64,000 bases of DNA. It comes from Macrostomum lignano. Taxonomy: Eukaryota. Within the stretch, counting starts at the first letter, position 1. Each line of letters opens with the position of its first letter. Under the pieces are notes generated by a model. It had not been told where the DNA came from. It did no database searches and saw only the letters and a program-made list of their open reading frames with translations. Of the stretch, positions 49,035 to 62,575 are shown in pieces. The position numbers were made by a program, and so were the translations under genes. The stretch is from positions 186,001-250,000 of the forward strand of contig NIVC01001184.1 in assembly GCA_002269645.1 (NCBI GenBank), given 5' to 3'.

Positions 49035-49805
49035 CTTACATCCCTGATCCCCCTGCATCCCTGATCCCCCTGCATCCCTGATCCCCCTGCATCCCAGATC
49101 CCCCTGCATCCCTGATCCCCCTGCATCCCAGATCCCCCTGCATCCCTGATCCCCCTGCATCCCAGATCCCCCTGCATCCCAGATCCCCCTGCATCCCAGA
49201 TCCCCTGCATCCCAGACCCCCTGCATCCCAGATCCCCCTGCATCCCTGATCCCCCTGCATCCCTGATCCCCCTGCATCCCAGATCCCCCTGCATCCCTGA
49301 TCCCCCTGCATCCCAGATCCCCCTGCATCCCTGATCCCCCTGCATCCCAGATCCCCCTGCATCCCAGATCCCCCTGCATCCCAGATCCCCCTGCATCCCT
49401 GATCCCCCTGCATCCCAGATCCCCCTGCATCCCAGATCCCCCTGCATCCCAGATCCCCCTGCATCCCTGATCCCCCTGCATCCCAGATCCCCCTGCATCC
49501 CTGATCCCCCTGCATCCCAGATCCCCCTGCATCCCTGATCCCCCTGCATCCCAGATCTCCCTGCATCTCTGATCCCTCACAATCCTGATCCCCTCACAAT
49601 CATGATACCTTCACATCCCTGATCCCCTCAAATCCCTGATCCCCCTACATCCTCGATCCCCTCACATTCCTGATCCCCTCACATTCCTGATCCCCTCATA
49701 TTCCTGATCCCCTCATATTCCTGATCCCCTCATATTCCTGATCCCCTCACAATCCTGATCTCCTCACATTCCTGATCCCCTCACAATCCTGAACCCCTTA
49801 CATCC
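49035..49805. repeat. 17-bp minisatellite upstream of the TM9SF3 ATG
   Basis: Unit CATCCC(A/T)GATCCCCCTG, decaying to CCTGATCCCCTCACA. Confidence 0.96.
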
Positions 49806-50865
49806 CTGGCTTTAACCAGATAGGTCAAACGATGCTATCTAAAGTACATTTGAAGCGAAAAAACTCAAGCCAAGCTTCGATATGAATTGGCAAGATTATA
49901 GAAAAATATATAGGCCACAATTGTTTCAACCTGTTTATTTTAGTTAATAATTAATTTGCAAATAAACATGAGTTTCGCAAATTAGTTATGATAATAATAA
50001 TATAGTAAAGAAGCATAACCACAGTTACAAGAGCGTATTAAAAACTTAAGCCAACCACCCACCCAGAAAAACCTTGGAACATAATAAGCAGTTGATAGTT
50101 AACAGTATTAAAACAGTGAATTACATAATAATAATTCAACAAACGTCAGAAACATTCACCACCTGAATCTTTCATCACCTATCACTCATCAAAAAAGCTA
50201 GCATTTTGGTTGCACCGTTAACTAAAAAAAAAACCAGACATTTCACACAGCTAATTTATTGATCAAATTCATTTGCTAAAGAAAATGAGCACACGAAGGA
50301 TTCAATCAAAATCATGTAGTAAGCTGATCGGACAAAAGCAACAATTGCAAAACAAAATTAGCACAAAAAAGACGAAAATTCGAACAGAAAAAAATATGAT
50401 TATTCATCATATTTATCAATTCATTTGTGCTTTTGAGTCCCTTCATTAAATCTTCAACATTTAAATTTTACAATCCAGCATGCGAACCGTGGTGTTTTAA
50501 CTCGCTTAACTCATATTCCAACCATAGATACTATATAAATACAAACTAGAATAGGCGATTCTAGTAAGACACCTGAACACTTTACCTTTTGATGACCGAT
50601 ATGTATCGAAAATAACTTTTCTCACTACACGTGAAATTCAAATTAGAAGTCAAAGCGAGACAAAGCACAACTGAGCTCGGGATTATATAGGCAGATTAAA
50701 ATTTTCGGATGAAGTTGAATTGATATTAAAAATAATTCCGTCACAGAAACTCAATGAAAAATAAATAAATACCAGCAGCATCGCGACTCTGCGCTGCTAG
50801 CACAATCACAAAGTGTGCAAGTGTGTGTTATTGGAACGCTGTACGCCCGTTGCTTTCTTGTAGAG

Positions 50866-50873
50866 TGACGTCA
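50866..50873. promoter_or_regulatory. Perfect CRE palindrome upstream of TM9SF3
   Basis: GTGACGTCAC at 50865-50874; function untested. Confidence 0.25.
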
Positions 50874-51580
50874 CAGGTAAAAAATGAATAAATAATAAAT
50901 GTGTGAACCCGATATGATTATATACCATGTCAGACACTGAAATATAATGAGGATATATTAATGGTCGTTACGAAGAACAATTAATAAATTAATTATATAG
51001 TAAAAATACTCGATGGCGCAATCAATTGCTAATGTAATATTACAAGTTTACCTTATGCAAAGGTTCCGCGGAGCAGGTGAAGAAGAACAAAGTGTACTTT
51101 ATTGAGGACAAAAAATACATATATAATAGCGATAACTCTGGGGCAAAGCTAGCAATATACGGGGACAGGTATATGAGTTGCAGAAAACCTAAAGAACTAC
51201 TAAACTGCCTTGGCCAAATCTGACAATTAAAAGCGGGAAGAGAAGCTCAACTGTCTTTCCGAAAGAAAAATATCAGGCACGAAAATTAGCAAGGTAGCAA
51301 CAGTAGCTCAAAAGAGATTCTATGCGGAAATGAGAAGAGGAAATATTAATTATGAACCAAAAAGTTTATTAGGAAAACAATGCCAACAACTTTACATCGG
51401 GTGCAATTAAAATGATGCACTACTTACTCAACAATCTAATCAGTAAGCAGTGTGCGTATTAAGGATATCAGAGAAATACCAGTCGAAAATTTGTAGCAAA
51501 TTTATTATTGCTATTAATTAAAAAAACTGAAAATGAGCTTGCACAACCCAGGCCTTCCGTTTTGGTGTACATACGTTTGA

Positions 51581-51815
51581 ATGTCTGTCTGTCTGTCAGC
51601 CTGTCTGTCTGTCAGCCTGTCTGTCTGTCAGCCTGTCTGTCTGTCTGTCTGTCTGTCTGTCAGCCTGTCTGTCTGTATGTCCTGTCTGTCTGTCAGCCTG
51701 TCTGTCTGTCAGCCTGTCTGTCTGTCTGTCTGTCAGCCTGTCTGTCTGTCTGTCAGCCTGTCTGTCTGTATGTCCTGTCTGTTCTGTCTGTCTGTCAGCC
51801 TGTCTGTCTGTATGT
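51581..51815. repeat. (TGTC)n microsatellite downstream of the SOCS7-like gene
   Basis: TCTG/TCAGCCTG units. Confidence 0.95.
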
Positions 51816-52372
51816 CTCGTATCTATTTATCAATCCATCCATCTATGTATCTATCTACGCTCGCATCAACACTCTAGTGCACCTGCCAATCACAAAAACA
51901 TATCTCAAAACACGGAAGGCCCGAACTGTGTACGTCTCAACATCGCAGGAAATCACTGCTGAATATGTATTGCATGCTATGAAGTTACACGCAAAGCACA
52001 TGAAATGACCTCAAAAACTCACAAAAGACACCAAAGAGCAGGCGACCAAACAAAAATGTCTACAACGGTTGGTCAGAATTAAGACTAGTAGACACATATG
52101 GGTAACTCACTACTCGCCTGTCAGAAGCATTTATTAAGTAGTATTTAACTGGCATGCAGAAAAACAAGAAACAAGTAATTTACCCAATTCTATGTACAGC
52201 ATGGCAGGGGCAGTTACAGAGAATTCATTACAAGCTATAACTTCAACCGGAGGGTTCCAATTCCGACACCAATGTTACTGTGCAGTAGAGAACAAAAAAC
52301 AAATTAAACAGTAATATCGCGTATACTACTAATGGAACTAGTAGTTTAAACGGACATTTATCTATAATTGAT

Positions 52373-52725
52373 TTATTGTTGTTGCTGCGACCTAACCGGG
52401 CATAGAAAATCCTCTTTATCCTCGATAAAATATTGCTTCTCATGCAGGTAGCTTTTCACTCTGATTGGCAATGGCAGCCGGTCGATGTGGTCGCGGCGAG
52501 TTCTGGCTAGAATTTCAAATCGGCACAGGTGGCTCAGCGAGGTCATCACGGTGAATCTAGACAGGGGATAGAGCATCGACACTTGAATTGGCGGCATGCC
52601 AGGCGCACTGGACGATAGAAAGTAGTGAAAATTGCCAGTCTTTGAATAAGCGACCGCACTTTCAATGAATTCTACTATGGTGCTGGCCGAATGGTTCTCC
52701 GGCTGCGACCAGAAGCTGAACTTGC
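52373..52725 (-). CDS. SOCS7: SOCS7-like exon 3 (end of SH2, SOCS box, stop)
   Basis: Acceptor TAATTTCAG at 52726, phase 1. GKFSFWSQPE...IVEFIE...YPLSRFTVMTSLSHLCRFEI...IDRLPLPIRVKSYL. Confidence 0.88.
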
Positions 52726-52777
52726 CTGAAATTATTCCCGATGGCGCGGAATAGCGAAGTTTGAACTTACTATTTAC

Positions 52778-53262
52778 ATCTGGGAAGCTAGTTGCTATGC
52801 AATAGGGATCTGGGAAGCTATTTGCTATGCAATGGGGATCTGGGAAGTTAGTTGCTATGCAATGAGAATCTGGGAAGCTAGTTGCTATGCAATGGGGATC
52901 TGGGAAGTTAGTTGCTATGCAATGAGGATCTGGGAAGCTATTTGCTATGCAATGGGGATCTGGGACGCTATTTGCAATGCAATGGGGATCTGGGAAGTTA
53001 GTTGCTATGCAATGAGAATCTGGGAAGCTAGTTGCTATGCAATGGGGATCTGGGAAGTTAGTTGCTATGCAATGAGGATCTGGGAAGCTAGTTGCTATGC
53101 AATGAGGATCTGGGAAGCTAGTTGCTATGCAATGGAGATCTGGGAAGCTGGTTGCTATGCAATGGAGATCTGGGAAGCTAGTTGCTATCCAATGAGGATC
53201 TGGGAAGCTATTTGCTATGCAATGGGGATTTGGGAAGCTAGTTGCTATGCAATGGGGATCTG
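52778..53262. repeat. 30-bp minisatellite at the 3' end of SOCS7-like intron 2
   Basis: Unit GATCTGGGAAGCTAGTTGCTATGCAATG(A/G)G, about 16 copies. Confidence 0.96.
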
Positions 53263-53917
53263 AGAAGCGCAAGCTGTAACCGAATAAATCCGACAACTTA
53301 TGCCAACTCCATGTACGCAACTGCAGTGCGCATTATTTAAAAGTACGCAAGCCAACACGTGTTTGGCAAGAACGTACACTAGAAAGGGGGAGAAGCTTAA
53401 AGTCAGCTAGCGAATTTCATAAAAAATAATAATTGCTAGGAAGCAAAAAAAGTTGTTTTCTTGTGCTTGCTCTCTCTCTGTCTCTCTCTCTCTCTTAAAA
53501 GGGCAAATAGAGAAAACTGTGCCAAAATTCTGGTAGCTGGCAGTTGACGGGCACAGAGAGCGGTTGGGTAAGAAACGAGAGGCGCGCGCATACACAGAGT
53601 GCAAAAACGTGCTTTGCATTGCGTATATTTAGATATATCGCTATTCCTCCTTACTAAGTATTTTTATGGTATGGCGCGAAGGTAAGAGAGACGAAGATTT
53701 TTCCTTAGGAAAGAGGGAAACTAGGAGAAGTAAGAGGCGCGGAGCGAAACAGACACAAAGCAACTGCAAGTGTGTTGAACTGCATTCCATCCGAAGCCTG
53801 GACTAAATCTATCTAAATAGCATTATGCCGAAGAGAAAGGTCAGCTGTCAAGAGCTGGGCGAAGTTTGTTGGTGTGGTGGTTTTAGCTGGATTTAGGACA
53901 GTTAATATCCGTATGCC

Positions 53918-54210
53918 CCAACACCTAAATAATCCCTTTGCCAACACCTGAATAATCCCTTTGCCAACACCTGAATAATCTCTTTGCCAACACCTGAATA
54001 ATCCCTTTGCCAACACCTGAATAATCCCTTTGCCAACACCTGAATAATCCCTTTGCCAACACCTGAATAATCCCTTTGCCAACACCTGAATAATCCCTTT
54101 GCCAACACCTGAATAATCCCTTTGCCAACACCTGAATAATCCCTTTGCCAACACCTGAATAATCCCTTTGCCAACACCTGAATAATCCCTTTGCCAACAC
54201 CTGAATAATC
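53918..54210. repeat. 23-bp minisatellite
   Basis: Unit CTTTGCCAACACCTGAATAATCC, about 12 copies. Confidence 0.96.
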
Positions 54211-54767
54211 CCAAAAATTCCAAAAATCCTTTTGCCATGTGAATAATCCCTTAATATCCATTCAATAAGGAACCCTAATAATACTTAGCCAACAGTTCAA
54301 TAAGTGCAATACAGCACAGAATCAGTAAGCTGATTTCATACGGCACAAGCTCAATAGTACAAAGCAATAATCACTCTCTTGTGTGTGCACTTTAGGGACA
54401 GAAAAGACAGGAGAGGCGGCTGCGCTGAAGCACGGGAGGGGGGTGATTTTTCTTCAATTCGACCGACACCATCAGCAGGGGGTGGCATGTTGCTGGAGTT
54501 CGTGCGTGCATTTTTATGTGCTAGCTAGGCCAGCCATTCTCCTTATATAGTTTGCCATCCCACGCATGCTGTTGCCGTATTTCCGCTGCCTTAGAATAAC
54601 TCAGTACAGCATATACATTGATATCAATCTATTATCGGCCTAGGCAGTTCAGGAATCCTCGTGTCCTAAAAGTATTCCATTTCCATAATTCTCCTCCGCT
54701 TCTTTTATTCTCAGCTTCACGCGGGCCAACAAACAAATAAATGTAGTAAATGAGTAGATCTACCTGT

Positions 54768-56040
54768 CTACTTCTTGCTCTCCGATAGTCTATTTCTAGC
54801 TGTACCATTGTCTACTTTCTTGCTCTCCGATAGTCTATTTCTAGCTGTACCATTGTCTACTTTCTTGCTCTCCGATAGTCTATTTCTAGCTGTACCATTG
54901 TCTACTTTCTTGCTCTCCGATAGTCTATTTCTAGCTGTACCATTGTCTACTTATTGCTCTCCGATAGTCTATTTCTAGCTCTACCATTGTCTACTTCTTG
55001 CTCTCCGATAGTCTATTTCTAGCTCTACCATTGTCTACTTCTTGCTCTCCGATAGTCTATTTCTAGCTCTACCATTGTCTACTTCTTGCTCTCCGATAGT
55101 CTATTTCTAGCTGTACCATTGTCTACTTCTTGCTCTCCGATAGTCTATTTCTAGCTCTCCGATTGTCTACTTCTTGCTCTCCGATAGTCTATTTCTAGCT
55201 GTACCATTGTCTACTTTCTTGCTCTCCGATAGTCTATTTCTAGCTCTCCGATTGTCTACTTCTTGCTCTCCGATAGTCTATTTCTAGCTCTCCGATTGTC
55301 TACTTCTTGCTCTCCGATAGTCTATTTCTAGCTGTACCATTGTCTACTTTCTTGCTCTCCGATAGTCTATTTCTAGCTGTACCATTGTCTACTTTCTTGC
55401 TCTCCGATAGTCTATTTCTAGCTCTACCATTGTCTACTTCTTGCTCTCCGATAGTCTATTTCTAGCTGTACCATTGTCTACTTTCTTGCTCTCCGATAGT
55501 CTATTTCTAGCTCTACCATTGTCTACTTCTAGCTCTCCGATTGTCTACTTCTTGCTCTCCGATAGTCTATTTCTAGCTCTACCATTGTCTACTTCTTGCT
55601 CTCCGATAGTCTATTTCTAGCTGTACCATTGTCTACTTTCTTGCTCTCCGATAGTCTATTTCTAGCTCTACCATTGTCTACTTCTAGCTCTCCGATTGTC
55701 TACTTCTTGCTCTCCGATAGTCTATTTCTAGCTCTCCGATTGTCTACTTCTTGCTCTGCGATAGTCTATTTCTAGCTGTACCATTGTCTACTTTCTTGCT
55801 CTCCGATAGTCTATTTCTAGCTCTCCGATTGTCTACTTCTTGCTCTCCGATAGTCTATTTCTAGCTCTCCGATTGTCTACTTCTTGCTCTCCGATAGTCT
55901 ATTTCTAGCTGTACCATTGTCTACTTCTTGCTCTCCGATAGTCTATTTCTAGCTCTCCGATTGTCTACTTCTTGCTCTCAGATTGTCTACTTTTAGCTCA
56001 CCGATTGTCTACTTCTAGCTCTCCGATTGTCTACTTCAAG
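54768..56040. repeat. 44/45-bp minisatellite built from two diverged 22-bp monomers
   Basis: CTACTTCTTGCTCTCCGATAGT + CTATTTCTAGCT(C/G)TACCATTGT. Confidence 0.96.
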
Positions 56041-56721
56041 CAATATTATTGTCTACTTCTAGTCATCCCGTTGTCTACTTTTATCTCCTTAGTATTCTAC
56101 TTCATTTCCTCACAGTCCACTTCTATCTCTACAATAGTCTACTTTTAACTCTAACTATAATCTACCTCTATCTCTCATAGTCTACTTCTATCTTTCCTCA
56201 TAATCTACTTTCATCTATATCTACTTCTAACGCAGGCAGTAAATAATAAGTTGTGGTGTCAGGCACAGTGATTACCCGAATTCGTAGTTCTACTTTATGA
56301 TCGTGATCCGCAATAAAATCAATGCAGATTTAGCAGCGTAAAGATCATATTTGCAATAAACAACAGAATTAGTGGCGGAATGGGCAGTGAAGACGGAACA
56401 GATTGCAACATGTGCTACAATTTTCTATTAGCGCTACTTAGCGGCTAAACCGCTCCACCAAAACCATTAATAACTAGGAAGCCATTACGAGCAATAGAAG
56501 ATTAACCGCCTTGAGTTTGCCCATAGGGTGAGTATTTTATTACCAGCTTATCTCCCCCCACCAGGCTCTGATTTTTTGGAGCTACTGTATAAGCAGGAAG
56601 CTCGCGTCCCTCATCATTGCTGTTCTCTGCCTAAGAGCAAAATAAACATATAATTCTATATGTACAAGTAATATGCTAGATTAAGGACTAAACTATAAAA
56701 TGCCCGTCAATGGACCCACAT

Positions 56722-57201
56722 CCTTAGCCAGCCTCCCAGATCCTCAGTTGCGGGGCCAGCCTCCCAGATCCTCAGTTGCGGGGCCAGCCTCCCAGATCCT
56801 CAGTTGCGGGGCCAGCCTCCCAGATCCCCAGATCCTCAGTTGCTGTGTCAGCCTCCCAGATCCTCAGTTGCTGTGTCAGCCTCCTAGATCCGCAGTTACT
56901 GGGCCAGCCTCCCAGATCCTCAGTTGCTGGGCCAGCCTCCCAGATCCTCAGTTGCTGTGTCAGCCTCCCAGATCCTCAGTTGCTGTGTCAGCCTCCCAGA
57001 TCCTCAGTTGCGGGGCCAGCCTCCCAGATCCTCAGTTGCTGTGTCAGCCTCCCAGATCCTCAGTTGCGGGGCCAGCCTCCCAGATCCTCAGTTGCTGTGT
57101 CAGCCTCCTAGATCCGCAGTTGCTGGGCCAGCCTCCCAGATCCTCAGTTGCTGGGCCAGCCTCCCAGATCCTCAGTTGCTGTGCCAGCCTCCCAGATCCT
57201 C
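56722..57201. repeat. 28-bp minisatellite at the 5' end of SOCS7-like intron 2
   Basis: Unit CAGCCTCCCAGATCCTCAGTTGC(TGTGT/GGGGC), about 17 copies. Confidence 0.96.
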
Positions 57202-57224
57202 CAGCGCCACCGGCAGCAACTCAC

Positions 57225-57393
57225 CCTTGTTGTGCTCAATCCTGGTGTGATAAGTCTGGCTCCTGGCCCGGAAGCTCAGGCTCACAATATAAGAATCGTG
57301 GGCCGAATCGCGAACAAGAAACGTTCCATCTGACCGGTTATTTAGCATGTCCTCGGCGTCTGTGCAGCTTAGCGGGCCGAAGTACCACGGTTT
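57225..57393 (-). CDS. SOCS7: SOCS7-like exon 2 (N-terminal half of SH2); not in the ORF track
   Basis: Acceptor CACCCCAG at 57394; KPWYFGPLSCTDAEDMLNNRSDGTFLVRDSAHDSYIVSLSFRARSQTYHTRIEHNKG. Donor G|GTGAGT at 57224; phases match both neighbours. Confidence 0.92.
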
Positions 57394-58463
57394 CTGGGGT
57401 GGTGGAGTGGATAATTAGAATTGTTATTTTAAAGCATATTGTACGCACCGAATATATAGAACTAAAAAACACATTTCGAAATTTCCTAAATCAAACTACA
57501 TGTATACCTAAAACTAATATCTCTCAAACTAAATTATAAACTAAACTATACCTAAAATCTCTTCAAAACAAAACTGAAACCTTTAACATATAATATACTA
57601 AAAATCTAAAAAAAACCTTCAATATAAAGTTTTTACAATCACATTCTGACTACAAGGTATTTATATTCAATATTTTTTCATAGTTTGAACATTAGTCAAA
57701 GAAAACATTGGCCAAAATAACAAAAACACACAGGAACAACAGTAGCGCTTGTTGAGGTCGCGACCTAATTTCTGACTTTATAAGAAATATAGTACGAAGA
57801 TTGAAAAACTGTTCTGCAATGGAAACAGTAACACAAAGATAGATATGATCAAAATCCATCATTCAATACACACACAGCACTATGCACACACAGATTAGCC
57901 TATGATAGCAAACATTTACCCTACCTAGCTAAATTGTGTGGTTGCAACTGTCAGGAAACAGAAACACAGATAGAGAGAGAGGGGGGGGGTATAGAGGGTG
58001 CAGAACACCTAGTCTGCTGCCATAATAATTTCGTGCCAAAATTAAGTTGGCACTGCGCCAACTCCGGCCCCCAATTGGGGTCCACAAGGTCAGATTGGCA
58101 CAAACAGAGAGAAAGTGACTTTCCCAGTAAGGTGGTAATTTTAAGGTCACACAGAATTTGGCACAACTGCACCTGCACCAAGAATTGATGGGTGCAACAA
58201 ACTCGGTTTTCGATGCTTTAACAAAAACAAACGGAAATGCAGCAGTTGGCGTATTTGTTACATTACATTAGGCAAGGGGATGAAAATAATAATTGCAATA
58301 CGAGTGTACTCTATTTTAACCGTATTTTTTCTATTCTCATGAAACTTGCTGCACGATTTTTATGCTTTTGTGGTTTTTATACACTCGCCTCAGTTTTCAG
58401 TAGTTAAGCGACAAAATTTTCTAGGTTGCTGAAATCGATCCGGTTCTAGATGAACATATACAG

Positions 58464-59345
58464 CCTGCCTGCCTGTCCTTGTCTGCCATCTGTGTCTACC
58501 TGTCCGTGTCTGCCATCTGTGTCTACCTGTCCGTGTCTGCCATCTGTGTCTGTCTCTGTGTCTGTCAGACACCTGTCCGTGTCTATCTCTCTGTCTGCCA
58601 TCTGTGTCTACCTGTCCGTGTCTGCCATCTGTGTCTGTCTCTGTGTCTGTCAGACACATGTCCGTGTCTGTCTCTCTGTCTGCCATCTGTGTCTACCTGT
58701 CCGTGTCTGTCTGTGTCTGTCTCTCTGTCTGCCATCTGTGTCTACCTGTCCGTGTCTGTCTGTGTCTGTCTCTCTGTCTGCCATCTGTGTCTACCTGTCC
58801 GTGTCTGTCTGTGTCTGTCTCTCTGTCTGCCATCTGTGTCTACCTGTCCGTGTCTGCCTGTCCGTGTCTGTCTCTCTGTCTGCCATCTGTGTCTACCTGT
58901 CCGTGTCTGCCTGTCCGTGTCTGTCTGTCTGTCTGTCTGTCATCCGTGTCTGCCTGTCCGTGTCTGCCTGTCCGTGTCTGTCTGTCTGTCTGTCATCCGT
59001 GTCTGCCTGTCCGTGTCTGTCTGTCTGTCTGCCATCTGTGTCTACCTGTCCGTGTCTGCCTGTCCGTGTCTGTCTCTCTGTCTGCCACCTGTGTCTGCCT
59101 GCCTGTGTCTGCCTGTCTGTGTCTGTCTGTCTGCCTATCTGTGTATGCCTGTCTCCCTATGTGTTTGCCTGTCTCCCTATCTGTGTCTGCCTGCCTGTCT
59201 ATCTGTATCTGAATGTCTGCCTGTCTGTGTCTACCGGTCTAGCTGTAACTGCCTCTCTGTCTGCCATCTGTGTCTGCCTATCTGTGTCTGCCTGTCTGTG
59301 TCTGCCTGTCTGTGACTGTCTGCCTGTCTGCGTCTGTCTGTCTAC
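58464..59345. repeat. (TGTC)n-derived degenerate microsatellite in SOCS7-like intron 1
   Basis: GTCTGTCT/GTCTGCC units on +. Confidence 0.95.
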
Positions 59346-60287
59346 TTGTATCCGAGGAACTCTCTAAAACCAGTTATTAATAGCAGTCACAAATGCATAA
59401 TTTGGTTAGCTACTAAGCAAGTCATTCACTTGCATGGAAAACTGAAGCTTTCATTCTAATAATTAAGAAAAAGCAGACAATCTAGTTGTAGGTCTACACT
59501 TGGCACTGTGCCAACAGCACAAATAAGTACTATGCGCTTAGTAGCAAGCTTAGCTATTTGTGCTACCGCTTTTTCGTTTATTACGTATATAATAATAAGA
59601 AATTCGCAGACGCAGTATAACTATACTGTAATATAATATAACTAGTAAACACAGGTTAACTATAGGTGTGGCGCCATCAATCCAACAAGTTCAGCATTAA
59701 TTTGTTCAGGAGACTAAGAGCGTCAGAGAAAACTCGATGTTGTAAAACCTAGCAGGAAAGACAGTTGCCTGCCAGATTATACGCCCTAGCAACCATGGCG
59801 TCAGGAGGAGACAGACGGACATAGCGGAATAGTTCAGGGTGGGCCAGCCAGTCAAGTTCGCCCAAGCCTTGGCTTGGTGGTCCAATATCAATCTATCTTA
59901 CCTGCCTATAAACCCTATTCGTTTCCATGTGCAGTTGGCAACAACAAGTCCTTCGCTTCGGCTCTCTCTCTCTCCTCTTTCTCTCCTTATCTCGTCCGTC
60001 TGGTGGCCTTGGCTTCCGTTGCATTCCTGCGTAGCTCAAACAGTCTAAGCTATTAGTTTGCTAGCAGTGCTAATGTATAGCTCTATAATCCCTACATGCT
60101 TAATATGGTGGGCTGGCTAAGGCTAAAAAACTGACTACTATTGTTCCCTAATCCCACGCATACTCTGGCTCAATCCTTATTTTTAATTTGCATTTGCGGA
60201 AATCAACTCGAAAATATAACAAATCAGATTTTCAAGATTTGCCTTCAAAAATATTATCGTAAAAACAGAGGCAAAGCCGACAAACAC

Positions 60288-61438
<1,151 letters not shown>

Positions 61439-61899
61439 ACAAAAGGTTCAGACAGCAAAATCCCGTCTAGTCGCGTTTAGTTCAGTTCAAACGCACACAC
61501 AGCCGGCCTAGAAAGATGGATGACTCCACCATCACAGTAGCGTGAAAAGCCGATAGCGGCTATTAAAAAGTCCGATACCCAAATACCCCCTCGCCCTCCT
61601 AATCGCAATCGGATTGGACTCCACCGCTGACGCTGATGAAGTCGTCAGTTTAAGCCAAATAATAAATTATGGACTATATATCTATGCCAGCTTATCTGTC
61701 ATCGTACAGTGATATAGTGGCCAGCGGTAGATGGATAAATAAATATCCGTATAGGATTGCTGAGTTGGCTTGACCGCAATTCTGGGGAAAGCTGCTTAAA
61801 CTCAGAAATAGTGCAACCGAGAAATTCTACTAACAAAATGGTTGGATTCTTGAACTTTTGGGATTGGGAGTTATATAATGAGGATTTAAGGTACTTACA

Positions 61900-62495
61900 C
61901 ACTATGGGAAATATCGAGACTCAAAGACACAGAATATGAGAAGTCCTAGGACTTGAAGCCACAATATATAGAACCCAGGGACTTAAAGTAACAATATTGA
62001 GAATCTAGGGACTCAAAGAAATAATATGCAGAATTCAGGGACTCAAAGACACAATATGTGGAATTCAGGGAGTCAAAGAAACAATATTGAGAATCCAGGG
62101 ACTTAAAGAAACAATATGTGGAATCCAGGGACTTAAAGAAACAATATGGAGACTCCAGGGACTTAAATCCTGGGACTCAAAGAAACAATATGGGGAATCC
62201 AGGGACTCAAAGATACAATATTGGGAATTTAGGGACTCAAAGACAATATTGGGAATCCAGGGACTCAAAGACACACTAAGGGAAAATCAGGGACTCAAAG
62301 ACACACTATGGGAAATTTAGGGACTCAACGAAACAACATGAGGAATTCAGGGACTCAAAGACACAATATGTGGAATCCAAGGACTCAAAGACACAATATG
62401 TGGAATTCAGGGACTCAAAGACACAATATGAGGAATCCAAGGACTCAACGACACAATATGTGGAATCCAGGGACACAAAGATACAATATGGGAAA
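61900..62495. repeat. 30-bp minisatellite near the donor of SOCS7-like intron 1
   Basis: Unit GGAATCCAGGGACTCAAAGACACAATATGT. Confidence 0.93.
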
Positions 62496-62575
62496 ATCGG
62501 AGACGAATTCTCTGAGAATCCAACAACCCTGAGATTTTCAGCAGCATCCATAAACGCAATAAATTAGTCACTCAC

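Noticed and set aside
53540-54700. Possible internal or antisense promoter in SOCS7-like intron 2 (GC-rich patches, AAG|GTAAGA)
   Set aside because: No associated exon or ORF could be supported from sequence alone.
9805-57201. CRISPR-like arrays
   Set aside because: Units are head-to-tail with no unique spacers, there are no cas genes, and the context is eukaryotic introns.
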